Both the position numbers and the translations under genes were made by a program. From positions 9,920,001-9,984,000 of the forward strand of contig OZ176052.1 in the NCBI GenBank assembly GCA_964247055.1: DNA of 64,000 nt, written 5' to 3'. This stretch comes from Paragordius varius (taxonomy: Eukaryota; Animalia; Nematomorpha). Below, in pieces: positions 51,123 through 64,000 of the stretch. How positions within the stretch are numbered: the stretch's first letter is position 1; each line of letters opens with the position of its first letter. The notes under the pieces are model-generated. The model had not been told where the DNA came from. It ran no database searches and saw only the letters and a program-made list of their open reading frames with translations.

Positions 51123-54100
51123 TGTGTGCAATTATTTTAACAATATATTTTTTTTCATGATATAGCTTATGACCAGCGTATTTATTTGCCATTAAAGTTT
51201 TTATTTGTTTACGACCTATTTTTTAAATATTGAAGGAAAATCAAAAGCGGGCAAAAATGAAAATTAAGGATAATTCAAAAAATAAAAATAAAATTTGAAT
51301 ATTATGGTTTATTATCATTTAATGAGATATTCCAATATATAAATAGACTAAAATCCTATAGTTGGGGTTTCTATAAAATCTCAGCTCAAAAGATGGCGTT
51401 CTTTTAACACACAAATTTTTCTATAAAACTGGATTAAAATATTTTTTTTTTAATTATCTAGCTAATTTAACATTCAAATTTTATTCAGTAAAAATACGTA
51501 TAAAAAAACTAAAAATATTGTTTTTTATTTTTTCATTTTTTTTTCATCTGGTTTTGAATGTAAAAAAATTTATAATGATTTATTTTGGAATCTCAAAATG
51601 AACAGGGAGTTATAAAGTATATAATTTGTGCAAAATAGGATTTAAAAGTAGTAGAATATCAACCAAAAATCCTTACGAATCCCTGTAACAAGTCTGTTTA
51701 AGACAAATTAATATTTTTATTAGGATTCGTACGGATTTTTGGTTGATTTTCTACTAATTTTAAATTTTATTTTGAATGAAATATATACTTTATAATTCCC
51801 ACTCATGTAAGATTCCAAAATAAAACACTATGAAATTTTTATTAACTTATAAACCAGATGACAAAAAAATGAAAAAATAAAAAATAATATTTTTTGGTTT
51901 TATTTTGATATATAAGTTTTTTTTACTGAATAAAATATGAATATTAAGATTTTAATAGTGAGTTTAGCTAGCAAATAATTAAAAAAAATATTTTAATGTA
52001 GTTTCATAAAAAATTTTTGTCTTTTAAGTGTGAAAGAAAAACGCCATCTTTACCTGATATTTTATAGAAACTCAAAATATATGATCAAAATGATAATAAA
52101 CCATATATCCTTAATTATCCTTAATTTAGTTTTTAGCCGATTTCGATTTTCTCACAATATTTCAAAAACTAAGTTGTCAACAAATAAAAAATTTTGCGGC
52201 AAATGAATTCGCTGATCGTAAGCAATTTCATGAAATAAAAATTTTTTTGTTAAAAAAATTAACCCTCTTTTTTGCACACCGTATATATATAAGGGGTGAC
52301 CAAACGGTCGACCGCGGTCGACTTCGTGATCTCGAGATTTTAAAACGTAACCGCCTGAAATTTTTTTAAAAAAAATGTAAAATATATTTTTGTATATTTT
52401 GTAAAATTATAATTTATTCTTTGTGTTTAAAAAATTCACTTGTTAAAATATATTAAACTTATTTAATATTAATAATATTTATTTAATCATAAGTATTTTA
52501 ATTGAACTTTAAATTATTCGTAATTTCCTTATAAATTTTGATTTAGCAAAAAAACACCCTTTATATTTTAATATAATTAAAGCCCGGAACAGGGTTGGTA
52601 TTTGGAAGTTTAATTGGAGGCCTGGTTCTTTGAAATTCAAAAATGAAACGGGGGTAAAATTTTGAGACCGGAACAGGGGTTTCCTTAAAGAAGTTACGGT
52701 TTCCGAAACCGAGTCATTTGGAATCGGTTCCATTTTGCTTCCCGACTCTTCATCAAATGATTATTCAGAAAGTTTATTTCATTAATATCGAAATAAGTTC
52801 TTTATCAGTAGATCAAAAAATCTGCCTAAAAAATATGACTGTGGTCGTCTTCAAGTGTTAAAAGGAGATCAGAAAATGTCAGCATGGTAATTCCGTTTTA
52901 TTTGGATGCGAGAAAAATGTCATATGATCAATCATTTAAAAAAAATTCAACAACAAATTTTAGTCTTGTGATGGGAAAGCCGAAAAAATGTTATTATTCA
53001 ATCATATTTAAATAATAATAATATAAACATTTTGGCGGTAGAACCGGAACCGGGCTGTTCCCGCAACAATGAAATAGGGCCCTGCTATGTGTTTTCGGTT
53101 CCGGTTCGTAAGCCAGGTCAATGGATAAGCAGTTCAACTGTTATACATATTAATTAGTTTTACCCATTTTTCCGAATCGAAACGAGGAAAAATGGAAGAA
53201 ATTTTTATAATTTTTTTGATATAATTTATACATATTAAAACTATTTTTTATAACAAAATAATTTAATTTTAAACACAATTTTTATGATTTAGCTAATAAC
53301 CTATTGTAATAGTATAAAACAAGTTACTTTTAGCTCCTAGGACAATACAAGCAGTAAATAAAGCGTATTCCGAAAATGTTAGTCTTAACTCCATAAGCTC
53401 TGAAACCACTTCCGATATATCATCAATAAATTGAGCTTCTTCATTTTTAATACTGATATGTTTGAAAGATTTAAACGGAAGCCAATGATAACTCGAGTTA
53501 GGGATATTAGAATTATGGATTTGAGAATTTACTTTGAAAGTCAATGGATACAATACATGGCATTCCGTGCTATCAGAACTAAAAGTAAAACGATTCGGTA
53601 ATTAAAAAACCCTGTTAAAAGTTATGAGTGATAAAATATCGATTGTGTAACGCTATCAAAAACACGGTCTCTGTCTAATAAGATATTTATAATACCCTAC
53701 TAAATAGTAATTAAGTTTAACTCATAACATTATTTATTCCATTAAATTTGAATAGATTTTGTAAAAATTACAAATCAAATGAAAAATAACTTAATTTACT
53801 TTAATGTCCAAAATTATTGTCGTGAATATTTTTATTTTGAAAAAAATTAATTTAATATTCACACCACCTTAGAAAATTTAATCTAACTTATATTTGTCCA
53901 TTATCAGTCTAAATATTATTAATTTATATTACTTTTTTAATGATTCTTGATGTTCGAATTCGGTTGCGGTTGTATCAGCCGTCGGCTCTCTCTTCATATG
54001 TAATGCCAGCCAAACTAATACCATCTCGAAATTGCTAGATTTTAACAGAACAATTTGATCATCTTGGGGTAGTATCATGAACCCTGGCACCATTTTAACA

Positions 54101-57100
54101 AATTCTATAATGTTTTGAATGAGCATAGTCAATTTATCTGCACAATCTACCCATCGTTCTTCGTATGACATATTTAACCATTTTAACATTACTGTCTGGG
54201 GGACTCTATTTGTAATGGTTTCTTCATTACAATTTGAGTCACTGTATCTGTCATCTAAATTTGGCGCGTGATTTCGACTATTATCACCATTATTGTTTTT
54301 GTTTGAATCTACCCGTATAATTATACGAGAATATGCAGCACTGAGCGTTTCAATCAATAATTCATCTACAAAACAATTAAAAGAAATAATTAACCATTGA
54401 AATTATTTTTATTTGAACTTGATTTTTTTTGAATATTTATCACGTATATATTAATGTTTGTCCGGAATAGAATCGGAATTTTTTGGGAGCTACATACGCT
54501 CTAGTCATTAATATAATAAATTTAATAAAGTATTTAACTCTAAATTTACGCAAAACTAAATTCAATGTTGAAAACAAGGATACCAGGCTTATTATTGTGT
54601 TTTTAGTATTGGATTTGTAATTCTTTCAAAAAAAATTTATATTATCACTAAAAATTTAAGCGAATTTCAGGCACAAGCTCTGAACAAAAAATAAAATGCT
54701 TTTAATCAAATCATAATTTTATGTAAATTATATTAAAATTTTGTTGGAACAATTGGGATAAAAATTGCTTAAAATCTGCATGTGTTTAATAGCAAAAAGC
54801 CGTTAATGATTTTAATATTAAACAAAATAATTAAATTTATTTAAAATGTTCCATCTATTACATTTTTATAATTAGCACCTGTTTAGGTATTTTGCACCTA
54901 ATTATATAACAAGTTTTACTATTTTAACACTACATGCTCCATTTTATAAAATCACATCTTCATTATTCGTTAAAGACATCTTTTTGATAATTTGGTTCAT
55001 TCATATCTTCAGCGGCAACATATAGGTGGAAACATGATCATCACGCATAACAAAAAATAAAAGTTTGTCATATAAAATTTAACCAAAACCTCTCTACCTT
55101 AGATTTATGCGTCTATATTTAATAAACAATTTACTAAACTTTAGTGAATATTAAAAATGTTTGTTAAACAATCGCGGCTTTTTTGCGATTTATGAGCACG
55201 CACAAGAGAGACTTAATTAAAAATGCGGTACCAAATGCATAAATCAACGATGACACTCTTTTTTCTGCCATCACCAAAAACCAACATATAAAAAATGCCT
55301 ATTTATCGCCCCCTATTATGGCAAGCGGGACATGTTCCCCTCACTACGTCATTGTGCAACGATAGACTTTATACAAGATGTGTCAAAGGTACACAAAGCA
55401 TTTGATAACATATTTGTTTGATTAAATTTTATAAACATATTAATAAAATCAAAAAGTTTGATTTTAGGCTTTTAATCTTTGTAAAAGATTAATTATGAAA
55501 GTAAAATTTCATTTAATTACATATGGAAAAGATAAAACGATTTAGATATCATCATGTCCAAATCTTAGGTTATCCTAAAGGATGAACAATGTTTGTTACC
55601 TATAGGTAAAAGTGGAGATGGATTTGTAAAAAGGTTTAAATAGGTTGGCATATGATTTGAAAATGGCAGAAGCCTTATCTCTTCCTTATCATCATGAAAA
55701 ACAGAGGTTGTACTATCAGGTTGATATTCACCATTAGAACTGCTAATTGATACGTTACGATCTAGAAAATCAAAACAAGTACCAATTTAAATAATTCTGT
55801 TTGTTTAAATTATAAAAATTTGGTTATTCAATTAGAAAGTTTTGTTATATTGTGGAAACAAAAATATATATTACCTTTTATGCGAGATTCGCAATTCTTA
55901 TATAAAGGTAGAACGGTTTGGTTTGGAGAATCGGGTAATAAACCATGGCAACTGAGCCCACTTGTGCGCCTTGGAAACTCATCTTCGTGAGAGAGTGAGA
56001 TACCACTATCACCTATAGGACCTATGACCAAATCATTGTTTATTGTACCGTTCACCGAATGTTGGTGATTACCGTTAAAATCAGAAACGGAGATTTCACT
56101 TCCTTCGTTAGATAGGGATTGAGTTGTATCTCGGTATGAATTTTTGTTTTTCACGTCGTCATTTATGGGTTGTTGAGAAGTTTTGGCTGAAGGTAAGGAC
56201 AAATGTCGATTAGGTGATTTCCCATCTCCCAAAGAACCGTCTGCCGATGATGACCCACATGATGAAAATTGTTGATGCCTTCCAGAATATTGTAATTCAC
56301 TTTGCTGTATGTCTGGCGTTGGAATTAATGAAGAGGTTCCACTTACCTGTTCTTTTTCATCATATAAATGGCCATTTTTCATTTCGAAAGCATTTCCCCC
56401 ATTACGTAAAGGGTAATATTTTGGAGCGTTATTATGTCCTTGCATAGATTGGTGTGGATATAAAAATTCATGATCTTCACCGTTTATGTTTTTGGATAAC
56501 TGATTATTGGTACTTTGCAAATATTGATCCAATATTTCGTATTGTTCCCTGCGATAACATGATTTAAAAATTATTACATTGGTAAAAGTATTTTTTTAGC
56601 CCAGAAAATTTCTATTTTAAAGGGGTTATTTAAAACATACTTTTTTATTAAGACTTCGATATGAGTAAATAATATAGAAGTTCAATAAATTAAATAAATC
56701 GTTCGAGATCTTTTATTGGCGAGATGTAATTGATTAAAAATGACCAAATTAAATTTAATTTTTTCAAAAAGATCATATCATGCCATTGAGCTTCACCAAA
56801 AATAACCAATCTGACTCACGCTGCAGTATTTTACAACCAAAAGCAAATGCATATGTACTGTATGTATGAATAAGGTTATTATATACACAGGGCACAAAAT
56901 GGGTATTATAAAAACATCCTTATAATATATATTCTAGATAAATGTATCAGGATTATTATGGTGCTTGTGGTTTTGGGCCCTACGAGTGATTTAATAAGTT
57001 CATTTCGACTTTTATGGTAAGTACTCTATATCGATCGCAAAATTTGCGCACACCACCTAAATAAAATCGTTTGGCAAAAGCTAAATGTCTCATTCCAAAA

Positions 57101-60100
57101 ATAACATTAAAATGTATCTATCATATTAAAAAAGTAAAAATATTTTTTTACAAAATTTAATTAGATATGGGCTCTGATACCCATCAAAAATGGGCAAGTT
57201 TTCCAAAATAAGAGTTTTTAATATATGATTGGGTCATCAAAAAAATTATTTTACAATGCATAATTAGTTTAAAATTTATATTTATGCAAATTTTGTTGGA
57301 GCATACATCACACTGTTTTGAGGCATGGTGGAAACGGTCGGTATAAAAAAATTATAAGATATGATAAAAACATTTTTTCTATATAATTCGAGGATCCTGA
57401 ACTCTTCGCGTCAAAATTTTGTTTAAAATATTCCCACGCCTTTAAATTTATGTTGATTTCAAATTGTCTTTTTAAGAAAATTCACCAAAATTTAAGAAAA
57501 CGCAGATTTAACACAGAGGCGTAGCTTGCCTTTCTGGCGCACTATACATGAATCTGTGATAGCGCCCCTCCCCATCCATGCAACCCCTCTCTTATTTAAA
57601 AATAATCAAATTCACTAAATGGGTGATTTTCTATGTTTTTTTATAAAATATGAACTTTAATACCTATTTTTCTGATATAAAATTAATTTTTTTATAAAAT
57701 CCGGTGCCCGGTGAGCCAGTCCCCCTCCCACTAACTACGCCAATGATTTCGCATAAAATTCAAGGGTGATAAAAATCGGCATAGAATTTTAGTAAACTGT
57801 TTTTGTACATTAAGGCGTTTGCCGTTTCCATCATGCTTCAAAATATTACAAGGTAGGCTTCAACGAGCTGTTAAGCAAAACCATTTTTTGAAGTCAAAAA
57901 GCATATATTAAATTTTTTTATTGCGCAATCTCGGCATGTTTGTCTTTTTTTAAGATTTGTCATTTTAGTAAGAAAAAAATTGGAACTTTGCGAGTCCACA
58001 TCTAAAAATTAAAATTTTATAAAATATTATTTTGTTTTTTCAGGGCTTCGAACCCGTTTAAAAAAAGTGGAACCCGAACCGAACTGGTTGATGAACAGTT
58101 AGAATCGGAACCAGTCTTCTTTCTAAGAATTTCAAAATGAAACCAGAGTGATTTTTGAAATTTATGAACCGCTACCGGGGTGGCTCCTAAGAAGATGAAA
58201 GCAGCCTATGTATATAATTTTAATATAATAATATGGTTTTACTTTTTAAATATATTTTATAATATATTTTAAGGATGGCTTTTGGTATGAAGCATTTGGC
58301 TTTCATTAAAATTTTTTTTATTTTTAGATATGGACAAGCTACCAAGGTACGAATACCTTTTTTATATCATTCGGGTACATACAAAAGCATCATCATAATC
58401 CTAATATATTTTCCATGAGAAATATAATTCATCAGGATTTTATTATATTCCTAGATTTTGTGCGCTTTGTAATCAAATCCAAAAATGATATTAAACACAC
58501 ATTCAAATTGCAAATCGAATATTTATTATAGAAAAAAAATATTGTCTAATAGTCTATCTGCTTCAATAGAAATTTGCTTTTATAGAATTTGACTCTTTCA
58601 ATTAATGTTTATTATAATAATCCAAGGTCGCTCGATGGTTTAAGCCAAGGGTGTTCAACACGCGGCGCTCCAACATATTTTAGCCGCGAGAAATTTAAAA
58701 AAAAACGATTAAGTAAAATTGAATTTCTTTTACAAATTTTCAGAATAATTCTTTCTAATTCTGGCAATTAAATATCAAATGTTAAAATAAATAGTAGTTT
58801 TTACAGTCTTATGTTTGAAATTTAATAAAATGCCCCAATATTTTGCCAATGTTGGATTTTTAGATTCTAAATTGTTGCCTGCAAAGCCATCTATGCTCAC
58901 CCGTGGTTTACACATATGGATTGCATATGTTGCATTAATCAAACAGTATTTTTTGAGGTTCAATTAACAAGTAAGGGCTTTATTTTATATTTTTCACATC
59001 GAGTCTACTGTTTGATCGGTGCATCTACAACTTTGAACTGCACCGAAATAAACCACGGATGAAATTAACACCTCTCTTCCTCACATAATAGCCCTAATCG
59101 TTAATAATGAATTATTTAAATTTGTTAAAATAAAAGCCTACTCTAATAGTAATCAGGTTTAAAACTGTTTCTAATGTCAAATCAAATAATTATTTCTATA
59201 ATCCGATTAAAGTCGATATATAAATAAATTTGAATATAAATACCCATTATTATAATCTTTTCCATTCGCATTATGCAGATGGGAACCGTTGTGTTTTGAT
59301 GTTGTGCCATTGTTCTTTAAAGTATTTTCTGGCTTTGATCTATGAGAATCTGAATTAGTAGTTGTGCCATTATCTTTCTTATTGCCATTGATATAGGGTG
59401 GCGTAAAGGCGTTTTCTTTTGCATGATAATCGGCAAAATACGAATTTCCATTCTCCATATTATTGTTGTTATTCGCATTAACATTATTTTGGTGTTGCAG
59501 GAAATTTGTTCCGTTTTGTTTAGGGGGCGGCACACTATTGGTAGTATTTAGATTAGTAGGGGTCATATTACCTACACCGAGATAATTTGTAAAACCGGCA
59601 AGTTGCATGAGTGGATTTCCACTCCCGCCAGGGAAATGTGTTGATGTTGGATCATCGTGGCTACTATGAAAGCCATTTAAATAGGATGCATCACTTAAAC
59701 CCCTTGAAAGCACGGGTGGTGTGCTATTATTATGCAGCAAATTACCATAACCGTTTCCTATAAAAAAAATTATTGGAGTTATTATTTGTTTATATTTAAT
59801 TTACAATAAAAATTGAAATCATAGAGACAAAACGTAAAAACTTAACCTTTTTTTCATATATAAAATCAAATTACAATTAAATATCCAATTTATAGTGTTT
59901 CCAATTTACATCTCTATTTCATACTTTGTAATTTGAAACAATGCGTTATATTCAAAAAAGTATAAAAAAGTAGAGCGTTTTGAAAAAAATTGCCTTTATG
60001 TTTTTACGTTTTGTCTCTATAATTTTAAATTTTTACGGTAATTCTTTTATTAGTGTAATTATTGGCGATTCTCTTGACAAATCTCGCAAATATTTACATA

Positions 60101-61838
60101 ATTCTTCTAACCAAAAAATTGGAATCACCCAATTTTCACATATTAACATCTTATGCATATGATATAACTCGAACGTTTACCAATTTCAAATTTTAAAACA
60201 TTTTTACTTCAAATAAAACAATTTATAGTATATGTGAATACCATTGTAAAAATTATTTGATAGGGGGTGATTCATGGGTAGAGAATGACGATGTCCCAAA
60301 TGGTTACCATTTTGATGGTTATGAGATGAGGCCAGCCCATTGCCATTGATGGCGTGTAAAGAGGAACCATGATGTCCATATGCGTGATAATTGTTTGAGG
60401 ATGCGGAACCAAATTGTTGTTGAATTTGTTTGATTTTTTCTTGATGATAACGTGCCTCATCTTCTACCACTTCACGTTGTTTTTTAGACATGCGACCAAA
60501 TTTTACGGCTTTTTTATAAGAATTTATATAGGTTATAATTCACTAAATTATGGTAAAAGAAAACGGTTATAACATGCTATAAAATCAACTATCTTATAGT
60601 ATAAATATAACAACAGTTTTTAGGGTAAAAATATCTTCATTATCCTTATGTAATACTGTGTTTTGGCTATGCAGCGAGGTAAGAGATATACATATTTTTT
60701 CTTCATTATTCTGTGGTTTATTTTTTTTAATAGTTTTGTTGATAGCCAATATAAATTCAGCCATTAGAAAAGCAACATATGTACCTAAAATATATGCTTT
60801 ACAACCAATTTGTTGGCTGCAATTTCGGAGATATAACCCCTGATAAGCTTCTTTGAAAAACAGAGTCTATAAACTAATTGGATCATGCTGATCATCATGC
60901 ACTTAAGCAATTTTTAAACAAGGGCTTAATTTTTGAGTTATAATCGTTTGAGATTCAGAATTTTTTTCATAAACGTAGATTATAATTAATTATAATGTAT
61001 TATCAAGTAAAATTTAAAATTAATGAAATTTTAATTAAAATAATTAAATTTAAAAATTCTGTAAAAAGAGATCGGTATGCGGATAAATGACTTATGATTT
61101 TTTCCAAAATCGTGTTCAAGATGGGGGTTCACTGTAAATGTATGACACATATATGCTTTTGAATTTTACATAAAAATTTATATAGTTATTGTGGAGAATG
61201 TTTTACCATCACGAGACATTCCCAGTGCGATGCATTTTTGTAGCCTGCAATATTGACATCGATTTCGATTAACGCGGTCTATCATACAAGTCTTTTGTCT
61301 TGGACATTGATAACTCACAACACTAGATTGACTCCGTCTGAAAAAACCCTGTATAGCGCATAACAAATTTTAATATACATTATTCAAATGCGTAAATTTC
61401 ACCGACCTAATATTATGGTACTATTGTTTATACACAGAATTTTTAAATTTATACATTTTACTGAATCCAATTTTCTAATAATATAATTGTTTAATATATT
61501 ATATGGTTGTTTTTTTATTAAAATGTGCATACACTTGAACATTAAGGTAGTTATGCGTTAGCAATTTAAATTCAACAATTCTAAGAGCCATATTAAAGCC
61601 GGCAAAAAGTTTAAATGCCATTCATTAACTTTAGAAAGCTCGATTTGGCTTGAGCTTTATCAATGAAGTTTGTCGCTCTTTATCATAATATTAACCATGT
61701 ATTAATTTTGACATATATTTATTAATTAAAAATAAATATTTTGCAATGTTACCTTACACCCCTCACAGGTTATGACTCCGTAATGGACCCCAGAAGATTT
61801 GTCACCACACACTTTGCATGGTATTATCTCAATTTGAG
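50588..61838 (-). CDS. HR3: Nuclear hormone receptor HR3/NHR-23/ROR (NR1F); first (A/B) exon not found in the window
   Basis: Frame-consistent exons 61838-61753, 61348-61207, 60508-60242, 59757-59244, 56548-55875, 55761-55600, 54365-53933, (53908-53888), 53578-53328, 50841-50588; ~934 aa. [32 protein letters not shown]|[19 protein letters not shown]...GMSRD|[46 protein letters not shown]-2 LPALHKELF. Confidence 0.95.
51079..51121. repeat. (TA)n microsatellite; others at ~26899-26923, 27174-27196, 30953-30982 and 63438-63470
   Basis: Directly visible dinucleotide runs; two of them flank the palindromic elements. Confidence 0.9.
51120..52283. mobile_element. Second copy of the palindromic Tc1-like element, in the last HR3 intron
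   Basis: Begins tactgtgtgca directly after a long (TA)n and ends aaccctcttttttgcacaccgta before (TA)n. Internal arms are homologous to 27195-28400. Confidence 0.8.
57514..57745. mobile_element. ~230-bp hAT-like MITE in an HR3 intron
   Basis: Imperfect TIRs cagaggcgtag / ctacgccaatg. Flanking 8-mers atttaaca and atttcgca match at 6 of 8 positions, consistent with an aged 8-bp TSD. Confidence 0.55.
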
Positions 61839-63435
61839 CTAAAAATATATAAATGTATCAGCACAATATCTTTTGTAGTAATTAAAATATACGATTTCCT
61901 TAACATAATATGTATGATTTCCAAAGGATATAACTACAGTTTTAGTAATTCTAAAGCAGGTTTATATTTTGTTAATTTAAAATTATCTGCATATTAATGT
62001 ATGACCTGGCAATAAATTCGTGTTACGTGAATCAAGTTAGGGATTAGGTAAAAATTTGATCTGTTTGTTTAAAAGAGCTGTAACGGTTGTTGTGCCATTT
62101 TTAATCTTAAAATAAAATTTGTTTAACGAATATTTAACTGGAATCTGAACACGGGAAAATGGAACCATTTGAAATGTTTCAGGGACAGTTACAACCGAAA
62201 CAAACAGGGGTTCAAAATTAAAATGCCGTGGTGGTGCGCAAGAAAATTGAAACAGATCAGGGATAGTCTCTAAAGGATTTAAGTAGTTTTGAATATTTCT
62301 ACAAAGAATCTCCTATAACTATCTATGACGTAAAGTGTCTTTTTCAATTTAATAATAAACCGTAATGTGATTATTCGCGAAACAACAGATATTTTAACCA
62401 ATTTTATTTTTAAAAGGTATAAAAGCCCAATGAATTATGATCATAATTTTGAACACATTTTAATACAACTTTAATTATGGAAACCACCTGTTTGGATGGA
62501 ACCGGGGTTGCTCCTCAAGGGTTGGAGCTGAGGTGAAAAAATGGAAAAAATTTGGTTGAAAGCCCTGATTTATTATAAGTTATGATCTGCCGAAAATTAT
62601 CTTGAAAACATCGGTAAAACATATTTATGACTTTAATACAAATCATACACATCATGCCTTTCAATACAAATTTGCATGACTACCCCAGACTCATTTAAAA
62701 TTGCAGATATTCGAATGAGATGGAGACTATGCGGAAAAATCAATTAAACGTAAATTAGTTAAATTAAAATCTAATTATTGCATTTCGATCGGATAAATTT
62801 CGCTTAATTTATCAGGTACCTCTTGTTTACGATGAATATTATAGTACGAATTCTAATTTATTTTTTCTTTTTTGACCCCTATTCTGTGTCCAAATTAACT
62901 TTAGCGCATTTAAGTCTAATATTTGTTCAATGCTGATGGTGTATTGCAAAACTATACACTTAAACTAAATGGGAAAGAAAATTTCTATTTTAAAAATTTT
63001 TAAATCTGTTCTTTGCCTGCTTCAATGACAATCCTGCTATAATAATATATATAACGACACAACACGTCTTTATTATGTTTTATTTTTTTTCAAATAAATT
63101 TAATTTATTAAATAAAATAATAATACATTGTATGATTAAAATTTTTAGTGGTAGTAATAATAAAAACATAAAATAGGACAATAAAAATGCGTGTTATCCA
63201 TGTAAAGAAAATCAAATAGCTTAAAGGTCACATATTACCTATAAAAAATAACAAAATAATATAATAATATTACCTTTATGTTTATCAAGGTAGTTTAATC
63301 ATCGAAGTAAATTTTTTGCAAAAACCGAAAAATTATATTACATATATTATTGTTTATGGAATTTAAATTTAACCTTTACTAATTGTTCACCAATAAAACA
63401 ATGCACAAAATCGGGGAGTATAATAAATATGCTGA

Positions 63436-63474
<39 letters not shown>

Positions 63475-64000
63475 TATATACACAAACGTATCAGGATTCT
63501 TATTTTTGATTTTGGGCCTTACGAAAAATTTAATAAGTACCACTTTTATGGTGTTTTCTTCCAACCGAAAAATCCCAAAATTTGAGCATTTTATGCTTAA
63601 ATTTTTTTGGTTTAAGTTAAAAATTCTTATTAAAATGGATCATTATAATATATCTACTCTACATAGTGTTTATAAAAATTATCCTGCTGATATAAATGTG
63701 CTGTTAGGAAATTGTATCATAATGATCGTGGTGATTTTGGCCCCCACGAGTCATTTAACAAAGTTATTTACACTTTTGTGGAAAGTGCCTTAGAAAATGA
63801 CAATTGAGCTCAATTTTTAAAAAATATTTTGCTCATTTAAGGCATCATTCCAAAAAATATCACTAAAATATATCATAAACTACATATAAAAAGCAAAACA
63901 AAAAATTTTAATACTTAGATTGGGCTCCGAAAATTTCTAAAAAAATTTGCTCTTTAAAATTGGCTATTTTTAACAAAAACACATAAACGATTGCGTGATA

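Noticed and set aside
63379-63793. ORFs spanning a (TA)n run, also 26967-27218 and 51010-51192
   Set aside because: Open only because TA repeats encode stop-free YIYI runs.

Overview
Strongly AT-rich animal DNA, probably an ecdysozoan invertebrate judging from the HR3/NHR-23-type DNA-binding domain; the species cannot be identified from sequence alone. Genes reconstructed by hand with frame-consistent GT-AG splicing: the 3' part of a spectraplakin (shot/MACF1/VAB-10 type), an intronless divergent class A GPCR, RPL32 and BUD31 head-to-head with only 29 bp between start codons, a candidate GIGYF-like protein, an intronless 653-aa orphan with ~99-aa repeats plus its hAT-disrupted pseudogene paralog, a 120-aa Lys/His/Ala-rich H1-tail/protamine-like protein, and most of an HR3/ROR nuclear receptor. 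The most striking signal is a class of ultra-short 23-25 nt GT-AG introns (five very well supported in RPL32 and BUD31, two more elsewhere) coexisting with ordinary 60 nt to ~2.7 kb introns, sometimes in the same gene. Intergenic and intronic DNA holds foldback and palindromic DNA elements, a decayed Gypsy element, hAT MITEs, and a Helitron array that grades into a ~163-bp satellite.
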